Shown piece after piece: positions 9,061 to 17,567 of a stretch of DNA of 64,000 nucleotides. The translations under genes were made by a program, and so were the position numbers. The notes beneath the pieces were generated by a model. That model was not told where the DNA came from and ran no database searches. It saw only the letters and a program-made list of their open reading frames with translations. The first letter of the stretch is position 1. The number at the start of each line of letters is the position of its first letter. Source of the stretch: an uncultured Nitrospiraceae bacterium (GTDB lineage: Bacteria > Nitrospirota > Thermodesulfovibrionia > Thermodesulfovibrionales > SM23-35); the NCBI GenBank assembly GCA_963718855.1, contig CAVRAA010000013.1:230074-294073 (forward strand), read 5' to 3'.

Positions 9061-9158
9061 TATAATTAATGTTTTTATCCTTATGACCTTATTGTTAAGT
9101 ATTGCATGTTTTGAAATATTGTCAAGATAGTTATAATTGGGTTAAGGAATATAACACC

Positions 9159-10138
9159 ATGAAATTTCCCTCGTTTATACAATTGTATCCGACATTACGC
9201 TGCAATCAGAGGTGCGGGTTCTGTTTTAATCAAAACATATCAACTCCTTATAGAGACATGCATGAAAAAGACGCATACATGCTCTCCTCGATGCTGGGAG
9301 AACACGGATGTTCCGAAATAGACATCCTTGGCGGGGAGCCTATGCTTGTGCCATGGATGTCAGATTTTGTGAATCATGTCACAGATTCGGGAACTATGGT
9401 GAACATAAGTACAAACGGAAGCCTTCCTCATGTCGTTGACCAACTGTCAAGAAACAACACAGGATTGCTCAATATCGGATTCTCCATCCACGGGCTTCCC
9501 GAAGCACATCAGTGCCTCACGGCTGCCGATAACTTCTCAACTGCCATCACAGGGATTCAGAAAATGATGGAAAAAGGGAAAGACCCTCTTGTAAAGAGCA
9601 CCTTGACGCGCGCCAACACGAATGAAATCCGCCCTTTGGTGAAGTACCTCAGGGACCTTGGAATAAAACGCTATTACCTTCTGTATGAAGATAGTATCGG
9701 CAGGACTGATCTCTCATCGGTTCTTTCGTATCCGGAATTCATGCGTTTTTATACCGCCGTTCAGAATGATATTAAGCCATTTCATATCGGGTTTGTAGCA
9801 GCGTCCGGGTTCTATAAATATGGGAGGGAAGCACCCGGCAGATGCGACGCAGGCATCGAAAAAATAGCGGTGATGCCGGACGGTTCTGTTTTTCCCGTGC
9901 AATCTCTTTGCAGGCTTTAAAGAATTCCGGCTTGGAAATATATTTCTTGATAGCATCGAAAAAATCTGGAACAATCCCATTCTGAAGCCATTTCGTACAT
10001 CCTTATAAAAATGCATGCAGGAGAGATGACTGCAGCCATTCTGCCAACTGCAGCGGCGGATGTCCTGCCCACAGTTACTTCTTCTATGGCACCATCGATG
10101 CAGCTGACCCCAGGTGTGGCGTCAATAACCCTATTTGA
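9159..10138 (+). pseudogene. second radical SAM/SPASM-domain protein, two frameshifts in the SPASM region
   Basis: MKFPSFIQLYPTLRCNQRCGFCFN rSAM motif. After about 9900 the conserved sequence continues in other frames (FPCNLFAGFKEFRLGNIFLDSIEKIWNNPILKPF… then …CSHSANCSGGCPAHSYFF…DPRCGVNNPI stop at 10136-10138). The likely true start is ATG 9159, not the tracked TTG at 9102. Confidence 0.75.
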
Positions 10139-10208
10139 CAAGAATATTTCTAATATAATAATATTTACTAAATAATAATTACTACTGAATTCAAAAGAAA
10201 GGAGAGTC

Positions 10209-10349
10209 ATGATGGCAACAAAAAAGGGACAGAAGTATAAATGCAATATCTGCGGGAATGAAGTAGTGGTAACTCATGAAGGAAAGGGTGAGCTTGTCTG
10301 CTGCGGACAGCCGATGGCAGCTGTAGGAGAAGGATTTACGTGCAAATAA
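10209..10349 (+). CDS. desulforedoxin-like small Fe(Cys)4 protein (46 aa), absent from the ORF track
   Basis: [46 protein letters not shown]. The Y-K-C-x-x-C-G…L-V-C-C-G pattern matches desulforedoxin as I recall it. GGAGAG SD 3 nt upstream of the ATG. Confidence 0.75.
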   Translation: MMATKKGQKYKCNICGNEVVVTHEGKGELVCCGQPMAAVGEGFTCK

Positions 10350-10351
10350 TC

Positions 10352-10394
10352 ATACCCCTTTTTACCCCTTATCAAGGCGGGCAAAAAGGGGTAT
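10352..10394 (+). promoter_or_regulatory. 12-bp inverted repeat hairpin (ATACCCCTTTTT…AAAAAGGGGTAT) between the desulforedoxin and flavodiiron genes
   Basis: Perfect 12-bp arms with a 19-nt loop. Could be a partial terminator, an RNA stability element or a family B-related half repeat. Confidence 0.4.
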
Positions 10395-10438
10395 ACTTTT
10401 GGTAGCAAAAAATTCTTCTCTAAAAACAGGGAGGCTCA

Positions 10439-11656
10439 ATGAAAGCTGTTGAAATAAAACCTGACATTTATTGGGTAGGCGCCATCGACTGGGCCATCAG
10501 GGATTTTCATGGGTATGTCGTTCCGAACGGGACAACATATAACAACTACCTTATTCTCGACGATATGGTAACGCTGTTCGATACGGTAAAACACGATTTT
10601 TCCCATATCACCGTTGAGAATATCAAGAGCCTGGTGGACCCCGCAAAAATCCGGAACATAATTATTAATCATATCGAGAACGACCATTCAACGAGCATTG
10701 CGGAAATCATGCATCTCGCACCGAATGCCACAATCTACATCACTGAGAGAGGGAAAAAGGGTCTCGATAAATTCTACGATCTTTCCAGGTGGGACATAAA
10801 AACTGTAAAAACAGGTGATACCCTGAATATCGGCAAAAGGAATCTGCTTTTTATAGAGACCCCAATGCTCCACTGGCCTGATTCGATGATGACGTATGTA
10901 AAGGAAGACAAACTCCTCATCAGCCAGGATGCCTTCGGCCAGCATTATGCGTCGGCTGCGCGTTTTGACGACGAATTTCTCACCTGTTTTTCCGTATCCG
11001 AACTTGAGAATGCGGTGGAAGACTACTATGCGAATATTCTGATGCCATTCGGCACGCTGATCAAAACAAAAATCGCGGAGATTCAGAAATTGGGGCTTGA
11101 AATCGACATGATCGCACCCGATCACGGCATCATATGGAGAAAAGACCCTGCAAAGGTCATCAATATGTACCTTGATATGGCAAACGGAAAAGCCGATCTC
11201 AGGGTCGTCATTATCTATGATACGATGTGGAAAAGCACGGAGCAGATGACCGTCCCTATCATGCAGGGCATTAAGGATGAAGGGGTGGATGTACAGATCA
11301 TAAAACTGAGGGCAACCCCTATAAGCGCTGCAGTCAAAGAATTCTGGCAGGCACGGGGGTGTCTCATCGGCTCTCCTACATTGAATAATTCAATGTTCCC
11401 CACTATTGCAGGATTTTTATCGTATCTGAAGGGCCTCAGGCCCAAAAACCGCATTGCCGGCGCCTTCGGCAGTTATGGATGGGGAGGCGGCGCTGTCAAG
11501 GACATGTACGAAGAATTGAAGAAGATGGGGATTGAGATCGTGGAACCCGGAGTACAGGTCATCTATAAACCGACGGCTGATGAGGAGCAACGTTGCTACG
11601 AGTTCGGAAGGGAGTTTGCTGGCAAAGTAAAGGCATACCATGCAAAGTTCGAATAA
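10439..11656 (+). CDS. fprA: flavodiiron protein (rubredoxin:oxygen/NO oxidoreductase type)
   Basis: 405 aa. N-terminal metallo-beta-lactamase-like domain (…IINHIENDHSTS…) plus a C-terminal flavodoxin-like domain (VVIIYDTMWKSTE…GSPTLNN…). Confidence 0.85.
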   Translation: MKAVEIKPDIYWVGAIDWAIRDFHGYVVPNGTTYNNYLILDDMVTLFDTVKHDFSHITVENIKSLVDPAKIRNIIINHIENDHSTSIAEIMHLAPNATIYITERGKKGLDKFYDLSRWDIKTVKTGDTLNIGKRNLLFIETPMLHWPDSMMTYVKEDKLLISQDAFGQHYASAARFDDEFLTCFSVSELENAVEDYYANILMPFGTLIKTKIAEIQKLGLEIDMIAPDHGIIWRKDPAKVINMYLDMANGKADLRVVIIYDTMWKSTEQMTVPIMQGIKDEGVDVQIIKLRATPISAAVKEFWQARGCLIGSPTLNNSMFPTIAGFLSYLKGLRPKNRIAGAFGSYGWGGGAVKDMYEELKKMGIEIVEPGVQVIYKPTADEEQRCYEFGREFAGKVKAYHAKFE

Positions 11657-11679
11657 AAGGTTGAAACAGTGGGGTCGCG

Positions 11680-12349
11680 ATGACTGTTGAGACAGTTCTT
11701 CTTATCCTCGAATCGGTACTGCTTGCTGCTACGATCATCCTCCTTTTATACAGCATTAAGGAAGGCAGAGGACGGAGAAATATGTTATTGGAGGTCGGGA
11801 AAGTTACGCGGATGCTCACCCGGCAGGAATACTTTCAGAATGTCACCGATACGATGATGGATGCAAAAGATGAAGTGGCCGGTATTATTACCGGAAGACT
11901 GCCGGCTGAGGATGATAAGAAAAGAATTAAAGATATAGCGAATAATATTGAGAGGGTGACCAAAAGTCGGGGTGAGGGTGAGGTATCTCATACCGAAGTT
12001 CCACGACAGGCTTCATGTCGGATATCACTACACCAAAGCCGGCGCCGAGGTACGCTATAGCATCTGTGCCGTTGCAAATAACATCCGGTATATTGTCGTC
12101 GACGACAAGGTGGCCGTGATCGGTATCCCCGAAAGCATCGGCGAGAAAGCTGCGACGAGAAAGGGGTACAGAATTCCCTCTGAAGGTCTCGCTGCAATAC
12201 TGAAAGACCATTTTTCCCGATGCTGGGAAGAAAGTATGCCGTACGAGGAATATATAAAAGAGGTAATCAGGCAAACAGGAGCGACAGCCAAACTGCTCGA
12301 AAAAGAGCTGCAGATAGACGAGAGAGAGTTGAAGAAGTATATCGCGTAA
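11680..12349 (+). pseudogene. membrane-anchored hypothetical protein, one frameshift
   Basis: 11680-12060 (N-terminal TM helix) and 11972-12349 read as one protein if one frame change is made near 11975-12000. No family assigned. Confidence 0.5.
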
Positions 12350-12385
12350 AGGACCACACTAATAAAACGTTAACTGGAGGAAATT

Positions 12386-12881
12386 ATGGCAAAAACAGAA
12401 CAGGATCTTCAGGACGCCTTTGCAGGCGAATCACAGGCAAACAGAAAGTATCTCGCCTTCGCAAAAAAGGCGGATGCCGAAGGCTTACAGACAGGTCGCA
12501 AAACTCTTCAGGGCTGCTGCCGAGGCAGAGACAGTCCATGCGCTGAACCATTTGAAGGAACTCGGCGCGATCAAATCCACAAAGGAAAACCTTGAGGCGG
12601 CGATCGGAGGCGAAACGTATGAGTTTCAGAAAATGTATCCCCAGATGATTCTGGATGCAGAACAAGAGGGGAAAAAAGGCGCCCGGAGAAGTTTCGATCT
12701 CGCCAATGAAGTCGAAAAAATTCATGCAGCCCTTTACAAAAAGGCCCTCGAAACACTTGGCAAAAATGGAGAGGTCGATTATTATGTCTGTGAGGTCTGC
12801 GGGAATACGGTCGAAGGAGAACCGCCCGACAAATGCCCGATCTGCGGGGCCTTGAAAAAGATGTTTAAGAAGGTTGAATAA
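12386..12881 (+). pseudogene. rbr: rubrerythrin, one frameshift
   Basis: MAKTEQDLQDAFAGESQANRKYLAFAKKADAEG, then a shift near 12478-12482 (an extra T by my reading), then YRQVAKLFRAAAEAETVHA…. The C-terminus has a rubredoxin-like CEVCG…CPICG. Confidence 0.85.
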
Positions 12882-12886
12882 TTCGC

Positions 12887-14417
12887 ATGAGACAGCGAAA
12901 ATATATGGCGTTTTTATGTCTTATCCTGTTCATCTTTTCTTACAGCATGCTTTCTGCTTCTGAAACCGAGCCGGAGAAAAGGATCCCGGCGACAATGGAC
13001 TGATCAGCCCGGCCACAAAAACGTGCCTCGCATGCCACGAACGGGTCACCCCCGGAATCGTAGCAGACTGGCGCACGAGCAGACATTCGAGGGTGGCTCC
13101 TGCGGAGAGCCACAAAAAAACCATTTTTGGAAAAACGGGTATCTGCTGAAAATATTCCAGCGGAATTACAGGGGCACGTTGTCGGCTGTTATGAATGTCA
13201 TTCGCTGAATGCCGGAAATCACAGCGATAATTTTGAACATATGGGGCAGAGGATCAATGTAGTCGTCTCCCCTAATGACTGCAAGACCTGTCATCCCGTG
13301 GAAGTGCAGCAGTTTTCGGGCAGCAAAAAATACTATGCGCATAAAATTCTCATTGAAAATCCTGTTTATTCTCTCCTCGTGGATACCATCACCGGGATAA
13401 AGAAGATGGAAGGAACGCAGTTTGTTACCGCCAGACCCTCTGATGCGACCCTGCTATGAAACCTGTCTCGGTTGTCACGGAACACGGGTGGAGGTGAAGG
13501 GAACAAAGAATATAGCAACAAAAATGGGCTCTTTTGCATTCCCGAACCTCACGAACTGGCCGAACCAGGGAGTGGGAAGAATAAACCCTGATGGCAGCCT
13601 CGGCGCCTGCTCCGCATGCCATACGAGGCATGGGTTTCTCATCGAAGTAGCGAGAAAACCCTATACCTGCAGCCAGTGCCATCACGAACCGGATGTCCCT
13701 GCGTGGAATGTCTACGAAGAAAGCAAACACGGCAATATTTATTCATCCAAAGGCCTATAGCTGGGATTTTACAAGCGTACCGTGGAAGATCGGGCAGGAC
13801 TTTAAAGCGCCGACCTGCGCCTCTTGTCACAATAGCCTCATCGTATCGTCTGACAATGAAGTAATTGCAGAGCGGTCGCACAATTTCGGTTCCCGTTTAT
13901 GGGCAAGGCTCTTCGGCCTCATATATGCCCATCCCCAGCCGAAATCAGGGGATACGACGATCATCAAAAACAAGGACGGCCTGCCGCTGCCGGTAACATT
14001 CACCGGAGAAAACGCCTCAGAGTACCTTATTGATGAATCAGAGCAGGGGAAAAGATTGAACACGATGAGCAGTGTCTGCAATGGGCTGTCACAGTTCACA
14101 ATGGATAGCGGGTCATTTCGCAAAACTCGATATCTACGATAAAAGAGACGAACGATATGACACTCACTGCTACAAAGCTCATGGTGAATGCGTGGGAGAA
14201 AGGGATTGAGAATAGAGCAAATCCGTTTGATGAGACCATTGAATTGATGTGGATCAGGCAATGGCTTTTCTATGCGAACTCTGTCAGGTATGCCTCTGCG
14301 ATGACAGGCGCACCCGACTACACGAGCTTCAAAAACGGCTGGTGGGATCTGAGTGAAAATCTGCAGCACATGAAGGACTGGAGTGCACTCAAAAACAGCG
14401 GAAAAGAGAAACACTGA
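12887..14417 (+). pseudogene. octaheme c-type cytochrome of the hydroxylamine-oxidoreductase (HAO) family, at least five frameshifts
   Basis: Signal peptide MRQRKYMAFLCLILF…. Eight CxxCH motifs are recovered across frames: CLACH, CYECH, CKTCH, CLGCH, CSACH, CSQCH, CASCH, CNGCH. The motif PDVPAWNVYEESKHG is HAO-like. Pieces lie in ORFs 13127-13459, 13422-13760, 13693-14142 and 14157-14417. Confidence 0.75.
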
Positions 14418-14990
14418 ATGAAGGTGATCGCATTTCTCGGAAGTCCACGGCAAGGAGGCAATTCAGAGCTGCTTCTCAGGGAAGTTATCAGGGCCGTTGA
14501 GGAATCAGGATCTGATGTCCGTCTTTTCCCGCTGAATGAGATGAATATCATGCCGTGCCAAAACTGCGGGGGATGCGATGAAACCGGTGTCTGTATTTAC
14601 GATGATGACATGACGCAGATTTATGAGGCGATCCGCACTGCAGACCGGGTTATTCTGGCCTCTCCCGTTTTTTTCTTCGGCCTGAGCGCCCAGGCAAAAG
14701 CCATGATAGACAGGTGTCAGGCCTTCTGGTGCGAGAAATATCTTCTCAAGAAATCCATTCCCGCAGGTTCTCATGGAAGAAAAGGATTATTATTACTGGT
14801 CGGCGGGATGAAAAAAGAGATCGGCATCGAGTGTTCAGAAGCAACCGCAAAGGCCTTTTTCAGAACGATAAGCATCCCCGAGCATAAGACGCTCGGTTAT
14901 CTCAGCGTTGATGCCAAAGGAGATATTCTCAAACATCCCACGGCCCTGAAAGATGCCTGCAAGGCCGGAAAAGAACTTGTGAAAGCTTAA
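14418..14990 (+). CDS. iron-sulfur flavoprotein (Isf-type flavodoxin-like FMN reductase)
   Basis: MKVIAFLGSPRQGGNS… flavodoxin-like fold with the compact Cys motif CQNCGGCDETGVC. The ATG directly follows the stop of the upstream gene (TGAATG). Confidence 0.75.
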   Translation: MKVIAFLGSPRQGGNSELLLREVIRAVEESGSDVRLFPLNEMNIMPCQNCGGCDETGVCIYDDDMTQIYEAIRTADRVILASPVFFFGLSAQAKAMIDRCQAFWCEKYLLKKSIPAGSHGRKGLLLLVGGMKKEIGIECSEATAKAFFRTISIPEHKTLGYLSVDAKGDILKHPTALKDACKAGKELVKA

Positions 14991-15883
14991 TACTTTATAA
15001 TCCTCTTCCATCTCTTGTGTATCCAGAGCCACTCGGTGGGGTGTTGACGGATATATTCTTCAATATACCATGAAAACCGTTTCGTATCCTCGACTACCGC
15101 TGCATCTCTGTCCTGCTGCGCTGAAAGTTCCACGGCAGGGTTAATTGTTATTTTATGCCCTTTTTCGGTCCTATGGATGAAAACAGGCAGTACGGCCGCG
15201 CCCGTCTTTCGCGCGATAAGGGCGGGCATCTTCATGGTCCATGCGCCGATGCCGAGGAAATCCATTACAAATCCTTCATCTCTTTTTACTGCCTGATCCA
15301 TCAATATGCCCACTATCTCATTGTTTTTTAAAGCATGGAGTATCGGCTTGAGTGCGCCACGCTTATAAATGACGCCATTGCCGTATTTCTTTCGTACTCT
15401 CTCTACAAAACTGTTGATATATGAATTGTCGACCGGCCTGGCAACTACGGAGATCGCTTGAAGTTTCACGGCCGCTGTAATCGCCATCAACTCCCAGTTG
15501 CCGCAATGCCCTGTGATGATCAGAATTCCCTTGCCTTTCATCAGGGCATCCCTGACATGTTCAATCCCCTCTATTTCGACAGCATCGATAATTTTACCCG
15601 CGCGATGATAATAGAGTCTGATCACTTCAGAGAAAGTTTTTCCAAGGTTCTTGAAATTGTCACGGATCACCTTTTCAGCAGGCTCTGAAAAAGACAGAGC
15701 ACCGGATGCAATTACAGCCTTCAGATTCTGAATGGCAATCCGTCTCCTGCTTTGCCATAGGGAGAAAACGAAAAGGCCGAGCAGTTCCCCGGCCTTCTTT
15801 GACCACTTCAACGGCAGTATCGCGAAGGGTATGGATACGATAACAAATACAATAAACTCAAAAAACCATGCAGCTCTCTTCAT
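14987..15883 (-). CDS. lysophospholipid / lipid A (LpxL/HtrB-type) acyltransferase family protein
   Basis: N-terminal TM segment and the HCGNWE (Hx4D/E-like) motif. The start was moved to the internal ATG at 15883 to avoid overlap with xerD. Confidence 0.7.
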   Translation of the reverse strand: MKRAAWFFEFIVFVIVSIPFAILPLKWSKKAGELLGLFVFSLWQSRRRIAIQNLKAVIASGALSFSEPAEKVIRDNFKNLGKTFSEVIRLYYHRAGKIIDAVEIEGIEHVRDALMKGKGILIITGHCGNWELMAITAAVKLQAISVVARPVDNSYINSFVERVRKKYGNGVIYKRGALKPILHALKNNEIVGILMDQAVKRDEGFVMDFLGIGAWTMKMPALIARKTGAAVLPVFIHRTEKGHKITINPAVELSAQQDRDAAVVEDTKRFSWYIEEYIRQHPTEWLWIHKRWKRIIKY

Positions 15884-15890
15884 GTGCCTT

Positions 15891-16775
15891 CTACGCCCTC
15901 GGATGGTGTTTCGCATATACCTGCTTCATCCGGTCCGTTGTCACCTTGGTATAAATCTGCGTTGTGGAAATATCGGAGTGCCCGAGCATCTTTTGCAGTG
16001 ACCGGAGATCCGCGCCCCCTTCAAGCAGATGCGTTGCGAATGAATGCCGCATGGTATGCGGCGAAATCTTCAGCCCGATTTTTTGGCCGAACGTCTTGAT
16101 CGTCTGCCAGAAGCGCTGCCTTGTCATAGGCTCTCCTCTTCTGGTTACAAAAAGATAGGGGGAAGCCCTGTTTTTTAAAATGTGGCCCCGCTGTTGATTG
16201 ATATACCTCTGCAAGCGTTCCAAGGCACGTATATGCACAGGCACGATCCTCTCCTTGGCCCCTTTCCCTAAAACACGCAGGAAACCTGCATCAAAATGGA
16301 CATCCTCCAGTTTGAGCAGTACAAGCTCGCTGACACGCAAACCCGAAGAATAGAGAAGTTCCAACATCACCGAGTTTCTCATGATGAGCGGGTCAGCATT
16401 CTCTGTTATTGCGCTTTCTTCGAGCAGCAACGTAATTTCGGCAATGCTGAGCGACTTCGGAAGCCTCTCCCATCTTTTCGGCGTCTGGAGGTTCTCCGAA
16501 GGGTCCACTTTGATCTTTTTTTCGATGATGAGATATTTGCACAGACCTTTTATCGATGATATCGCCCTGCAGATGCTCGGGACCGAATATCCGCTGTCCC
16601 GGAGAGATTCGATATAATCGATAATATCCGCCCTCGAAAAGGAGATGAGATCTTTTTTCTTTGACGAAAGAAAAGACTGGAATTTCCTGAGATCGAATTG
16701 ATACGACTCAATGGTATTCCTCGACAGCCCCTTCTCTGCGGCAAGATAGGCAAGAAAATGTCTAAGATGCTCCAA
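15891..16775 (-). CDS. xerD: site-specific tyrosine recombinase XerD/XerC family
   Basis: 294 aa. N-terminal SAM-like domain (…LSRNTIESYQFDLRKF…). C-terminal catalytic residues (…HTMRHSFATHLLEGGADLRSLQKMLGHSDISTTQIYT). Confidence 0.8.
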   Translation of the reverse strand: MEHLRHFLAYLAAEKGLSRNTIESYQFDLRKFQSFLSSKKKDLISFSRADIIDYIESLRDSGYSVPSICRAISSIKGLCKYLIIEKKIKVDPSENLQTPKRWERLPKSLSIAEITLLLEESAITENADPLIMRNSVMLELLYSSGLRVSELVLLKLEDVHFDAGFLRVLGKGAKERIVPVHIRALERLQRYINQQRGHILKNRASPYLFVTRRGEPMTRQRFWQTIKTFGQKIGLKISPHTMRHSFATHLLEGGADLRSLQKMLGHSDISTTQIYTKVTTDRMKQVYAKHHPRA

Positions 16776-16784
16776 CCGGTCCTC

Positions 16785-17567
16785 CTACAACGTATAAATC
16801 GCTTTCATCTCATCTGTATAACTGCAGTCTTCGTTGTAGATATACAATGGCTTTTCAACCTTCAACCCGCTTCTTCCCCCCTTTACTGCTTCGATGAGTA
16901 CCATTTTAGCCTCTGTTGCAGGAGAGGAATGAACAAACCGCAGCCTCTTGGGTTCCATTTCCCTCTTTTTCAAGGAGACAATAAGTTCAGCGAGCCTGCT
17001 CGGGTGATGAATGAGGCAGAACCTTCCTCTGATATTTAGCAATGCCGCAGCAGCATCGGCAAGTTCATCAAGCTTGAGCATTATTTCATGCCGCGCGATG
17101 GCCTTTTCTTCTTCAACATTGAGAAGACCGCTTTTGCACCGCCTGAATGGTGGATTCGAAACGACAAGATCAAATCGGGGCGGAGATGAGAGCAAGTCAC
17201 GGTTTCTCAAATCAAACTTCACTGCCTTCACTCGGTCATCCATGCAATTCAAGGCCGTATTTTTCTCTGCGAGGCTGACAAGACTTTCCTGAAGCTCGAA
17301 AAGGGTGGCCTGTGAGTGGGGATATTTTTTTGCGAGCAATATTCCGACAATGCCCGAGCCCGCACCAAGGTCGGCAATATTCCGAACGGTTTTAAGGACC
17401 ACAAACTCAAACAGCAGTAAGGCATCGACTGAAAAACGATATCCCTTTGCCGGCTGGTATAACTGTATATCACGGATACTGTCAAGCGTGACATCCACAT
17501 CACTACCACTTGGGCCGGCGGAAGTGTGCGCTAAACTACAGGACACCTTTGTCTTCAAGCATAGCAA
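16785..17567 (-). CDS. class I SAM-dependent N6-adenine methyltransferase (tRNA m6A37 TrmN6/YfiC-like)
   Basis: DLGAGSGIVGILLA SAM motif and the NPPF catalytic motif (VVSNPPFR). The start is uncertain because the ORF overlaps the upstream gene. Confidence 0.6.
   Translation of the reverse strand: MLCLKTKVSCSLAHTSAGPSGSDVDVTLDSIRDIQLYQPAKGYRFSVDALLLFEFVVLKTVRNIADLGAGSGIVGILLAKKYPHSQATLFELQESLVSLAEKNTALNCMDDRVKAVKFDLRNRDLLSSPPRFDLVVSNPPFRRCKSGLLNVEEEKAIARHEIMLKLDELADAAAALLNIRGRFCLIHHPSRLAELIVSLKKREMEPKRLRFVHSSPATEAKMVLIEAVKGGRSGLKVEKPLYIYNEDCSYTDEMKAIYTL

Noticed and set aside
10209-10349. Small Cys-rich ORF downstream of the second rSAM/SPASM gene, considered as its RiPP precursor
   Set aside because: The sequence matches the desulforedoxin Fe(Cys)4 fold pattern almost residue for residue. 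It has its own SD and an AT-rich promoter-like region, so it is better explained as an electron-transfer protein paired with the flavodiiron gene.
13827-14453. 208-aa minus-strand ORF across the cytochrome region
   Set aside because: The plus strand encodes the recognisable CxxCH-rich HAO-family sequence. The minus ORF is a shadow.
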